This document shows, piece after piece, positions 37,544 to 49,879 of a stretch of 64,000 nucleotides of DNA. The stretch is from positions 9,707 through 73,706 of the forward strand of contig RDEW01000086.1 of assembly GCA_011109175.1 (NCBI GenBank). The letters are read 5' to 3'. This DNA comes from Dicyema japonicum (Eukaryota > Animalia > Dicyemida). Below the pieces are notes generated by a model that was given only the letters and a program-made list of their open reading frames with translations, searched no databases and was not told where the DNA came from. Within the stretch, counting starts at the first letter, position 1, and every line of letters begins with the position of its first letter. A program made the position numbers and the translations under genes.

Positions 37544-38336
37544 AGTTATGATGTTGGTTGATTAACAATGAAGATCCTTTTATTTGATAATTACTACGAA
37601 ATACAGTTTCTACAATATCATCAACAATCGTAACTATGACTTATCCGGAGACCATTATTGACCTCAAAAAGACACTGTGGAAAAATTTACTTTCTGCCAA
37701 AAACGAATCTGGGCATAAAGTTAGCGAATTAATGTCTATTCGTGCCATATAAAAAAAAAAATAGTAGAGAGAGAGACTCCTGAGATTACTTATCAATCTC
37801 TTTGCTTGCTCAGGACCATCAAGGAAGCGAAGATGAAGAATTACTAGGAACGATTTGATTCACTGACGTGTTTCCTAATGGATCCTGTTCTATGAACACG
37901 ATTATTTTTATCCTCAAAAAGACTTCGTCGTAGCTTTCAGCTAAAGATCTTTAGTTGTCTATAACTTTTTTGTGGCTAAATATCATATTTGACCGGAAAA
38001 GTATACTGGTTAGGTTAAATATCTTACGATTGTGATACATTGAGTCTTTAAATATATATTCTCGAATTCGGAGAAATCATCAAACTGTGAATAATAAGTC
38101 CAAAATTCTTGTATGACGAGGATTGTCAGTTACTCTCAAAAATTATTTATCAAAAAATAACAGACTAATTTTATAAGGCTGAAAGCAATTGAACATTGCT
38201 TTTGTTGAATAACCCATTTCATTTTTATCCGGTATAGAGGGGAGCCGGTAAATTGAATAAGTCATTACATTTACTTATAATGAAAAAGTGAAACACTAAA
38301 ATTAATAGAAGTCTGTCTATAAGGATTGCTTCGCAT

Positions 38337-38777
38337 TTAGCTTTGATTGAGCTTTAGTAAACTCTGTAGCTTTTGCGATAAAAATAGCTCTTGACTAACA
38401 AAAGTTTTTGGAATGCTGTTTGAAGTGGACCCCAACAATTCCGATAAATAGCTTTCCAGAGAAATAGAACGAAATTCTTGTATATTGGTCGTGTAAACAT
38501 TGAATAATTTCAAATAAACATAAGTTTTTTTAAATATGTCTGATACAGTGCTGCATTCAACTCCATACTTCTTGCTGAGAAATTTTTGTGTCGGCTTACG
38601 TGTTTGGTTCGATTCATTTATTATTTGAATTTTCTTCTTTAAGACAATTCGTATTTCTTTACATTTACCGCCATCTAACAACGAAATCTGTTTAAAGTTG
38701 ACCCCAACGATTCCGATAAATAACTTTTCAGAAAAATAGAACGAAATTTTTGTATATTGCAAGTGTAAACCTTCCAC
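38337..38777 (-). mobile_element. Tigger/pogo (CENP-B-type HTH) transposase N-terminal fragment between ~80-bp direct repeats
   Basis: LKKKIQIINES...LSKKYGVECSTVSDIFKK HTH motif; direct repeats at about 38418-38498 and 38695-38769. Confidence 0.55.
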
Positions 38778-39009
38778 ATGTGCTAATAACTCAAAACTTT
38801 AATGTTAATCATGTTCCCATAATTTGTAGCAGCAAGCCATTGATTACTACAAGTTTATTACCAATTTTTCCAGTTCGTTCGTACACTAAACATTTAAATT
38901 GCCGTTCGTTTAATTTTTAATTTTAACTTTTATTTTTTTTAATAAAGTCAATTTGACATGTGTGAAAAAGACATAATTTAAGAATCAGTTCAACCAATAG
39001 AGAAATGAT

Positions 39010-39250
39010 CAAGTATGCATCAGGCGTAAGCTGATTAATACTATAGTGCTCCCGGTTTTTCTATACGGCGCAAAATCATAAATACTGAAAAAGACAGATA
39101 GAGTAAAAATTGATGCTTTTGTGCTGGAGAGTTTACTAAGAATCCCTTGGAACTTTCAAAATAACAAACATCGATGTACTCGAACTGGTGTATACGGACA
39201 TTTCGCTAGAAGGAAAAATCGTAAAACACAGATTGCGTTCTTTGGGCATG
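39010..39250 (+). mobile_element. RTE (BovB-like) C-terminal fragment
   Basis: RKLINTIVLPVFLYGA...DRVKIDAF...LLRIPW. Confidence 0.55.
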
Positions 39251-39269
39251 TTGTCCGCTCTGATTCCCT

Positions 39270-39545
39270 GAATGACCGATTATGCTGAGCAATATTACTG
39301 GGAAGAGAAGACCTGGTCGATCGAGGACTCGGTGGCTATCCACGGTAGAAGACGTCACGGGAATGCCTATATCAAGGCTACTCCAAATTGCTACGGAACA
39401 GTCTACAGTACCATCGCATCGGGACTTGTGAGTCTGCAAATCTTCAGTCCAAGTCTGATAGATATCGTCATCAAGGTGACTCCTGACTGTGAAAGCATCG
39501 ATCCAAACGCCTCTACATCCACATTTTCCAGTGACTAGACAGGCA
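39270..39545 (-). mobile_element. CRE-clade fragment
   Basis: Minus strand GVWIDAF...HLDDD...IRLGLKIC..HKSRCDGTVD...DRPG matches 7890-8200; also aligns with 63230-63365. Confidence 0.65.
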
Positions 39546-40194
39546 CGTCGGTGTTGGTTTGATTGGTTCAGAATTGGTGTTCAGATCAATGGAGATTTTA
39601 CGAGAGAACAGGCCAATATTAACAGGAATGAGTGATTATCCTACTTTAATCCCTCCGAACTTAAATTTGAATAATTTTGGGCATTTTAATTTTGCTTTAA
39701 CATAAATAAAATCGGAAAGCAAAATTGGAGTTGAGGATCGCAGTTTATCTACGTGGCTATTCCTCCTGCGATGGAACTTTGTTAGATCATTCGCGAAGAT
39801 TACCTGAGCGGGCTGAGATTAGTATCCGAATTTTTTGAAAAATCGTAAGATGAGGTTCCCAGAGGTTCCAGGAAGAAATGTTACATCACCGGGAAAGTCG
39901 TCGTACTTCCTGCAATTCTATTGTGGCCTTCCCAACAGCGATGTATCATTGGCATAATTATTCAAAATTAGTCAAATTGCATAAATCAATATTTAAATTA
40001 GAGGAAATTAGAATAATATCAGATTTAACGTTGAATGTCTGGGTGAGCTTATGATCTTCATTGATCCTTAAATATGGGTGGACTCACTCAAAGTTGACAG
40101 GGGATCAATTTCTGAGATTTTCTTTTACTTTGTTATGCGTCATTTGCGCCACGGACAAGTATTTTTAAGTGAAAATGGCGCGTATATTTCTGTC

Positions 40195-40906
40195 ATGGAT
40201 AGCGATTTCCCTAATTTCCCCCAGAAAGTCCAAATAATCTGTTTCCAATAACCTCGGTTGGAATTTTGAAGACGACGTCTTTTACTCCTATAACTCTGAA
40301 ATGTTTCCGGAGTTTTTCACGGAAACGTACAATCTCTGTGAAAATCTGAACTTGAATAATAACTACAACAATTCGTGTGACACTGATGACAAAATCTATT
40401 CACATTTTGAGCCCCCGTTTTGATAACTGGTTAGTTCTAAGACCTCTTTCTTATATTTTCCTACAAATTAACTCTTTACTTTCATTTTAGAAAAGGAGAA
40501 CCCTTCCCCTCAAAATTACGACTTTTCAATGATGCTTCAGCCATCGGAGGATCACTTTGTGACTCAAGTCGAGGACCCGGTAAAAACTGAGGATACATTT
40601 TGCTTTAATGATGAAGGATATCATTTTAATTCTCACTACAATAAGAAAAAATACATGAAAAATCGGGAGAAAGATCGAAGGAGAAAAATCGCCAGAAAAA
40701 TAGACAAACTGAAGACATACATTCCATCGCTTGCTTGTAAAAAGGCAACGAAGGTTGTCATTTTGACCGAAGCTACGTCCTTAATTTTGGCAATGAAAAA
40801 TAAATGTCTCCGCCAGATAGAAGAAGCGACGAGGCTGAAGTTGCTGGTCAAAGAGAAGTCAGAGTCCATATTGAAGCAAATAGAATCCATCCCACGTGAG
40901 GAGTAG
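40195..40906 (+). CDS. Myc-like bHLH-leucine-zipper protein
   Basis: NREKDRRRKIARKIDKLKTYIPSLACKKATKVVILTEATSLI followed by a coiled coil; KATKVVIL..AT resembles Myc KAPKVVILKKAT. Intron at about 40429-40489. The 5' exon needs a frameshift correction, and no Myc box is recognisable. Confidence 0.75.
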
Positions 40907-42329
40907 TGAATTGACTCTAATTAATTTTCTTTTGTATTTTAGCTTTGTTTTGTTTTTTTATGTCACTTACAAAGGCATTCCAATCACCAGCAATGAATAT
41001 AAGGTAAGATGAAGAAATAAAATTGTACACTTCATTTACAGTTGAGTAGAAACTCTAGTTCTTCAGGGCTAGATGAAACTTTGACTCCTGTTGGCGTATA
41101 TAGATTCATTATAGAGATCACAGAATTCGGTCTATTCCCCCATCTGTTTCGCACAACAGCTACTCAGTCAGAAACTTGCCAGATTCGAGTTACATGATTG
41201 CGGATATTGTGATCTAATCCATAGTGTCTACATGTTGCTGGAAGAGTAATTATGTAGTATTCATTATACCTATTCCTTTTCGAAGACATCTTATACTAGA
41301 GAAAAGATTTATCTACTAGAGAAGCTGCTCAGGTCAAATCTCTTTATCTTACTACCTTCAACATTTAGCCGCACATGAATTCGAGCGATAATTTTTCTAC
41401 AAGATTAATATGTATGAATATCACGGAAAATAGGCTAATATACCATAATATGTATAACTGTGAGAAGCAGACACCGATTGAGTTCGGACTCTTATAAATA
41501 AAATCAGTTGATTTTTGCTCTCAGAGAATTAATCTGTGAAAGTTTTAAAGTGAAATTCCATAAGCCCAGGAGTCACAGGCTGTCTGCGACATTGAATCTG
41601 ATCGTATCTTTATTAGGGACGTTGGGTATTTATCGACGTATTAAGAGTTCTCTTTAGTGAAACATCTATGTATTCTAGCTTCTTCTACGTTGGCCTCAAT
41701 GATTCGGATGTTACCGAAACTGGGGTTAATAGTTTAATTTTTAATCATCTGACTTGGGAAATTGAATCCCTTCAAGAAATGATCCGGTGAAGAGTTAAAG
41801 ACTAATCGTTGAAATACGTAACCAATAATAATGGGAGGAAAGTTATTAGATGATAGAATATTGCTAATTAACTACAGGGCCCTGATAATATTTGGATTTT
41901 TCCGACCTCCGTCTAGTTAACCTTGTGTTATGGTACAACGAATCCAAAAAAAGTAATAACAGTTTTACCACTTCCAGTATTAAAGGTTGTTATTGGTGAT
42001 TCTCATGTATGATATCTTTGCTGCTGAAGATTAAAGGTATATTAGCGATGTTCTATCAATTCATCTTTGTAAGGTATATAACAAGGAATGGTACTCATTT
42101 CTTTAGTTGTTATGATTGAGTCCTTTATCCGAATCCCCGACGATCTCTATGAATTAAGAGAACTTGCGAAAGAAAATTATAAAGCGGGTGATTTTGAAAA
42201 ATGAAAATAAAATCAGAGTTAATCTTGGGGATTTTATAAATCCTTAGTAAGCGGAAATGAACCGTTCAAACAGCACTTTGTATTTTACTTTGTCATCTAA
42301 CATTATGCTACAAGGATACAAGTTCTGGA

Positions 42330-42415
42330 ACGCTGGAACGAGGATCACCGTCTTGGGCCCGAAAACTCCATTTGTCTCGACGACAGTGGACTGAACATGG
42401 AATCTTGGAAAAAAT
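42330..42415 (-). mobile_element. CRE-clade short fragment
   Basis: Minus strand RFHVQSTVVETNGVFGPKTV is nearly identical to 8360-8420. Confidence 0.7.
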
Positions 42416-43861
42416 TTAAAATCTAACAGTTAACATCTACTGGCTGTTTCATAATTGACAACTTATTTACCCTGACTATTTGAAAGGAAATGCATCTTAA
42501 ATAAGGTGCGTGCTTTTCCTAAGCTAAGGTTTACTAATGGAAACATTACTCTACTCTTGGTGGGAGGACTGTGTGGTTTTCTCATATATTGTTACGTTTT
42601 CCGGCATCATATTGTTTTGAGCAAGGATTTAGTCTACTTAACCATATAAGTAAGAAGTGGTTAATTTACTAACTGCCAAAAGAGGGACATCACTGTTGCT
42701 CTTAGTAAAAGAATCCCAAATAGAGAGAATCTGGTAAACCATCACCTAGGTAAAGGGTCATATTAACAATTTTTTATAAAAAAATACATTGCTATCTATA
42801 GTTATTATGGGGGCAATAAATTATTGACGGTGGCGAAAATATTTTTCATAGGGGCGATACGAAAAAAAAGGTAGAGAAACACTGACTTAGATCATTGTCC
42901 TCAATTGATTAAAGCCAATGGGGTTTCGCCCCAATGGGGTTGTAAATAATTAATCTCCCCTCAGTTCTTCAAGAGAAGCTAGGACGTGAACTGTTTGTCA
43001 TATCAAATATACATCCGGACACTAACTGACATATTCTTGGAACTAAAGGAAAACCTAAATCACACAACTCACTTGATTTCGTTACTTTCCTGTTAGCCAC
43101 TTGTTTTCTAATAATCTCTCTTAGTCACTGAGGAAACTAGTCAAAAATGACTGAAGTGGTATGTGCTGACGACGAAACTTCATTTCCATGATTAGTTGAC
43201 CTCGAAGAATTGCTCAACATAGTACCTCACGGCCTTGGAAAAATTGGTTCTTAAAAGTTAACACGGAAAAAAACCGGAGTTCGTCAAAATAATCGGCCCA
43301 CTATCAAGGACGAGGAAGAAAAAATCCAGTATGACTCTTCCAAACATGATTGGTAACTCGTTTCCGAGCCTCTGCAACTTGAAACTTATCTGACCTATCC
43401 ACATTCCGACTGAAGGTTTTTTAGGAAGCAGGTGATGGCTCTTAGTTCAAATGTCTCTTACTTCCATCTTATTTCCATCAATTTCAATCTTATGACCAGT
43501 TAATCGACAGCAGCCATCAAGTTAAGCTGTAAACCCAGCTTTGTTAACATATAAGAAGCTGAGAATCTCACCATCATTGACACCATATTTCAGTATAGGC
43601 AAGGTTCGACCCTGTATTGACAAATAATATAAAAAAATATTAATATTTGACGAATCAAAGTATATTGTCGGGGTTTAGACCCATGTGTGGTCAATAAGAT
43701 ACCCATTAGCAAAAAGAATGTTGATCCATAGATGTGATCTTCTTTAATCAAAACGCCAATAACATGATTCAAACACTAAAAATGTTCAGATCCACTCTTA
43801 AAGGTTTCCTGTACAGAGTCTTGAAAGGAATCGTCAATGGAGTGACAACAGGCGTTACTAG

Positions 43862-44070
43862 CCCGGCCGAAGCTCAGTTTAGTGGACTTTCTGACTGAAC
43901 TAAACGTATGACCACATCCGATCTGAAGGTCGTGGGTTCGAATCCGATAGATGGAGTTTTCAGCAAACAAAAAAAATAAGTGAACAGCATTCCTTGGTTC
44001 TCCGTTAAAATTAGTGTAAGGTTTGTTTTCGTTACAGCCGTATCCGTACTGATCATCGTGTCCACAGGAA
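43862..44070 (+). mobile_element. tRNA-like SINE: family C head plus family B module
   Basis: gatctgaaggtcgtgggttcgaatccga..atggagttttcagcaaa is shared with 47405-47455; it is followed by an A-rich tract and agcattccttggttctcc, shared with 62010-62030. Confidence 0.7.
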
Positions 44071-44439
44071 TCTCTCCACAAATTCATTTGCGACAACGGA
44101 TTTTACTGAATGGGTCTTCAGTTTCTTAGTTTTTCTTATTCATATTTAATTTTATTAATAAATTCATTATTAATAAAATTTTTAAGCTTGTTCATCTCAT
44201 AAGTAATCCTGCAATTCTTAATTTTTAAATTTATCCTCCGAAATTTAGAAGGAGTAGGACCAGGAAGTGAATCAAAATAAAAAATTATTATATGTAGGGA
44301 AATGCAGTCTGTAAGAGCATTTAATTGTGGGAAATGTGGCATCTCTAAAGGAAGTCTAAACGACTGAAAATTGAATAGGTAAGAAATCTATGTGTAGGTT
44401 GTGCTACATCAAATTGGGTACATGGTTACCTATCAAATA

Positions 44440-44975
44440 CGGAAGTTTATGGACACATTAAGACTTTATTACATCAATGAGTGGCTCCGCCGATTTAGGA
44501 ATAATTTGATATAAAATCCAAAGCCTTCAAGGCGAAGCACGGTCAGTTGATAAAAAGGAGCAGAAAACTTTCGATCAAATGGTCAAGAAAACATTTTCAA
44601 TTGTGACGAAACTGCAACTTTTTTATAAATCTTTGTCGAAAAAAGTGAATCATCCAAGGGACATAAGAAAAAAACCTCTCTCGTGTTTTTATGTAGCAGC
44701 TACACTGGGAAATATATAAACCATAGGACGGTCAAAGTCACCAAGAGTACTGAGAATAAATAAAAAGCCAATGACATTGAATATGATGATTCATTCAAAG
44801 ATTTGATGACAAAAAGTATTTTGAAAATAGCTATCTCGTAATAAAAAAATGAAGGAAAGAAAACTAACATTATGATGGATAATGCAACTTAACTAATTTT
44901 CCAATATTGTAACATCGACTATTCCAAAAATACAACTTCTTAATACATCCACATGATCAAGGGAAAATAAAAGCT
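44440..44975 (+). mobile_element. Degenerate Tigger/pogo transposase (HTH_Tc5 plus DDE_1)
   Basis: EWLRRFR...QGEARSVD, FNCDETATF, IMMDNAT, FQNTTS..HDQG. Confidence 0.65.
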
Positions 44976-47387
44976 TTAAAAACATTTACTGATGAAAATA
45001 TTTATGATAAAAATGCTTTAGCTCAGATAGATGAAACTGTAAGGGATCACAATATGCACTATCATGTTCAACATTGGCCTGGAACGAAACATATAAATCT
45101 GCAATACGAAATTGCTTTGAAAAGGCCTTGGATGTTGAACTTTGATACAACATAACGAAAGCACTATAAACAACTGTAAACATGATGATCATATCATTGA
45201 ATAGCAGCGAAACACTTATTGAACATTCAGAGTATAAAGAAGTCATAAGGACACGGAACGTGCATTCACAATGCTTCATATGTCGTCAAAAAGAAACTAC
45301 TGCAAATGTTCTTAAATTATACAGTTTTTTGTGCATTCACTACAAAAAGAACAAAATAACATGAAAATAACAGTTATATATTCTGCAACAGTTTATTCTG
45401 AAGCCAATCAGGATGTTTGATTCTAGGGACAGGATTGTGAATTTAAATTATCAATACAACTACTCCTTGTAAAAAGGCCGGAATTGTTAAAATCGGCCAA
45501 TCTTAATAAATCCAACCAATAACATGCCTAATGTCAAAATCACTTCAAATTGTCGAGTCCAGCACGGGTCACCCTGTGCTGGTTGCATGTCACCTGTCAT
45601 TAAATCAATATTAATTGGTTTCTAATCAAAAAATTTAATTTTTTGAAAGTCTATATATTTTGGACTTGAATCAAGTTGACTATTTTTAATTCCTAAAGTG
45701 CCTTGATATGTTATAAAAATATTAAATAATCCTCTATTTGGTTGTTCGACAAAATTTGAGTAATTTCACTTGGTTCTTCAAATGGAGATTCAAATCTGTG
45801 TACCTTTAGCCATGGATTAGTCTCATAATCCTTTAAGACTCGTATCTAAAATTATTCACTATAATTCCTAGTGAAAAATAATGTGTCGATTTATGAAAAT
45901 ACATTCTTTTGTTCATCCGCTTAAAATAAGCTGAATTTAGATTTGGAGGAAAAAATTCAGATCAAAATGATATGCATCTAAGTTTTCTAGCATCTAGTTT
46001 TCTACATTATACAATAATTACCTGAAACATTTGAAAAATGTTCCACGTCAAGATCATCTGATGATCGTGGATAAACATCATCCGAACTCTCACTTTCTAT
46101 GAATTTAAAAAATAATGAACTTTTATTCTGACGATTGACTGTGTTTATTCAAGAAACTCCTCTCAATTTTATAAATGGAGTTTCATTTATAGCGAATGAA
46201 TCGTAATATACGAACTTTAATGAATTTTTACTGTTTTTAGTTGATTGAAAAATTTATTGTCAAAGTTTGGTTAAACTTTTCTATGATCCCAGGAAAAGAA
46301 TAAACTATTATTTCATTATTTGTCATTGAACATGATTTGGTATTGCATAAAAGCACATGTTGAATATTTATACGGCAAAATATTATATAATTCCGACATG
46401 AGTAAAATTGATTAAAGTTACATTAAGTATGGCATCTGACTGTGATTGTTTTCCATAACTTTTCAGAGCACGTGACATGTCTTAACTTTCTGAAAAATAT
46501 TCGAATAATTCAGTCTATCTGAAAAACCCCATTAGAGTACAAAATGTCCAGGAATAATTATTATAAAAAGATTCAATATTATTCCCATCCAAGAACGACC
46601 CAAAAAGTAAGGACTGAAAATTCTTTACCAAATGTTACTCTCCTCGTCGTTTAATCTCAAATCCCTGAAGTAAATGCAAGAATAACCTTCGAATTCAACT
46701 AAGAATTGTCAAATACAGCATATCCTTTTTTTGATTCCCTTCCCTCATAGTTGGAATCAGAGAATTACTGCCAAATATGACCATAAATTTCAAAAATATA
46801 AAATTCTCAGATCGAGCAGAATAAATATATTTAGTTTTATTAATCAATTCCATTATTGATCATTTGAGAAATTTTCTTATAAATTAATAGCAAAACTACC
46901 CAATGACCAAATTATTTAATACTGAATTAATGAGTGATATTATTACTGTCGAGGCTAATGTTTTTAATTAAACAGAATCAGGAAAAGTGGATGGAATACC
47001 AAATTCGAGAGTATCCAATTCGAATGGCCTACTAGTATTAGAAAATATAACAACCCAATTCGTTGTATATTCTGACTTGTTTTATTAATTATAGTAGAAC
47101 CAGAATTACAAACAATTTCCATACTAATTATTATTAACCCCAAGCTTACCATTGTGAACCCAGCACAAACAGTCATAACTAGCTAGAACCAAAGGGAGAA
47201 CATCTGCTTGTGCCGACCAAATCCATCTTCCAATACTTCATTACAGGCTTCCGAAGAGAGGTGGAGAAGTAGGTCCGCCCTCTTCCATTTTTGTCCCACC
47301 TCCTACAGTCGCGGACATCACTTCATTCTTTAGCGGAATAGTTTTCATAATGCAATCTTCATCAGAGGGTTTGGTCAGGGAGAAATG

Positions 47388-47540
47388 TAACGTCTGATGA
47401 CATCGGATCTGAAGGTCGTGGGTTCAAATCCGAAAGATGGAGTTTTCAGCAAAGGTCAATTCTGTCAAGCAGATCCCACCCGTGAGGCGACGAGTCCTTC
47501 TGGCACGACACAGTTGTTAAAAGGGATCTTCCTACCTTTC
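47388..47540 (+). mobile_element. tRNA(Arg)-like SINE family C, 5'-truncated
   Basis: aacgtctgatgacatcggatctgaaggtcgtgggttcaaatcc; body aligns with 20700-20840. Confidence 0.75.
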
Positions 47541-49879
47541 TCCCTGACCAACCCTCTGATGATTTCCATACTAAACCATCGAGCACTAAATAATAAACAC
47601 AACAAACCCTTTTTAATAAACATTTTACCCAATCTCCATTCTTATTGGCATATGAAAGTTTATTTTTTCATACCTTCAATAATCTCTTAAACGTCACCTC
47701 CTATCTCAGAAATCCCTTACAGTGTTAATATAAAAAGGATTCTCTCGTTGACAAACTATGGCCTTCTTTTCCTTACAAGTAGAATGTAATTATGTGATAG
47801 GCTTTCTGAAAGTAATCTAATTTAATTCAAAAATGAAACTCTTAATGTTTGTTTTTCATCCTTTGGTAGTTGGTAAATGGAAGTCTTTTCCCATTTTCTG
47901 TAAAGATTTCCTCATTTTGCAATTGTTTGTAATAAATTAAAGTTCTCCAGACTTAGAACTGCAATTTACATGAATCCTTACTACTCTGTCCTCTCAATTC
48001 CAAATCATCTTACTTTGACGATTTGAACCAAGGCTATTTACATGACTTGAGGCACATTTACCATCACTTAGAAAGGCATATGGCTAAAATATACTAGAGT
48101 ATTAGGGATCTTCCTACCTGTAGTCTATTAGTCAATATAATATTTGGACACTCATTCTCAACATCAACATAGTATATCAATCGAGTACAAATAAATGTGG
48201 CTGATTTCTATTGTCCAATTCGTTCAAGAAGTTATCATACACTTAATCAAAATCGATATTATATTCCTCAGAGAATAAGATATGTAGAAGTGAGCAAATA
48301 TTATTAGTTAACCATTCAATGTTAGATTCACTATTTAAATTATTATAATCACTACAATTCTAAATTTATATGGTACATCAGCTCTAAAAGTCCACTTTCT
48401 AATCCCCTCACGGGAAACCAACATATGTCCCTGATTGTATTACTTGTCCTTTGTTTAATTCCCTTCCCTCATAGTTGGAAGCAGACCATCCTCAATAAAA
48501 CAATATGCTTCCATATGTTTGATTATCCCGCTATAGTAGCCTGTGTCAATAATAGTACCTCACAGAGAGTGCCTGTCCCTTTCCTAGAGCCTTACATATA
48601 ATGTAATACCAAACTCATCAGGACTGTGGAATAATTAATGAGAATATACAAGTGTTAATAAAATTAATATAAAGTAGCTATAGCACCAGAGTAATTTGCA
48701 AAGGATTGAGGAACCTCACAGCCATAGAACGCTTATCTTCAGGGTCCATCTCAACTGGTTCATCATTTAATTTAGTTCGGTTACTCATTTAAGTGCCTGA
48801 ATAGGTAAATGAACATCTCTTTTCACCCATCTAAAATAACAATAAAATGAACTTATCCACCATATTACATGCACAACGACGAATATAATCTCCATGAGAA
48901 TCCATCTTTACTCCAATCTCACATATATGGTTATATTATGAAATGAAGCTCAAGCATCTTAATGTGACAAATACATCTGACTGAAATTGTGTCATGTAGT
49001 CAGGAAAGGAATCAATGTAGATTTCTGATATTAATATAAATATAACGTCATCTGGCTGATTTATCATTGTAAACTTTCCACCAACCCCAGGAATGAGAAT
49101 ATACTCGAAATCCTGAACATCATGAGGTACCACATCACGATTGATAGATGGAAATCCCTATGATAACTTAGATATGATACATTTCCATCAACAAAATACA
49201 ATTCATAATGAAGAGCCGGAGAATTTTAATTATTCAAAAATATATCCTCAACTTAATGCTTCTTGAGAACATCACACGTCACGTAAAAATGGATTATAGG
49301 GCATAGTTAGCTTTTATTACAATTCACCATACTTTAATTTTGTTTCCATCCTCCTCCATAAAGTAAGGTACACTGATGGCAAAGTTGACCATCCTCATCA
49401 TTCGCTACGCTCTTCTCAATAATGTATGTTATACAGTCTTCATATTGATTAACCTACCTTCCTTCTCTGAGATTTTTTGTAATTCTTCATAGTCGTATCT
49501 CTGTTATCAAATAAATTCCTTGATTTTGCATTTACCGACGATCAATCTTTGTGCCCCACTATTTGATTTATTTAAATTTAATATTTAAAATATTAATTTA
49601 ATATTAATAATATTTATCTTATCACTACTTTAGAATAAAACTCAAAGATTGTTAAAATAGTTATTATTATATGAATATTGCTGATTTGATGTACAGTCTG
49701 CTATTTCCAAAAGACGAGGGCAGGAGATTTTACAAACGTTCTGGAAATTATAGAGTAATCCTACTCGCATCAGACTGCAAATTCTATAGACAGGCTTTCG
49801 GTGTGCATAAAATTTACTTTCATGATGTATTTGCTTTTGGAAAATAAATGATCTGATTAACGTCATTCATTTATTTATT

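Noticed and set aside
43590-44096. ORFs 43590-43772, 43776-44096 and 43874-44065
   Set aside because: They overlap a tRNA-derived SINE and have no protein-like motifs; chance frames.
47392-47445. Hammerhead ribozyme core (CTGATGA...GAAA) in SINE family C
   Set aside because: Four extra bases (catc) separate CTGATGA from the ggat/atcc stem, so stem II cannot close next to the core. The motif is explained by the tRNA-Arg-like anticodon arm.
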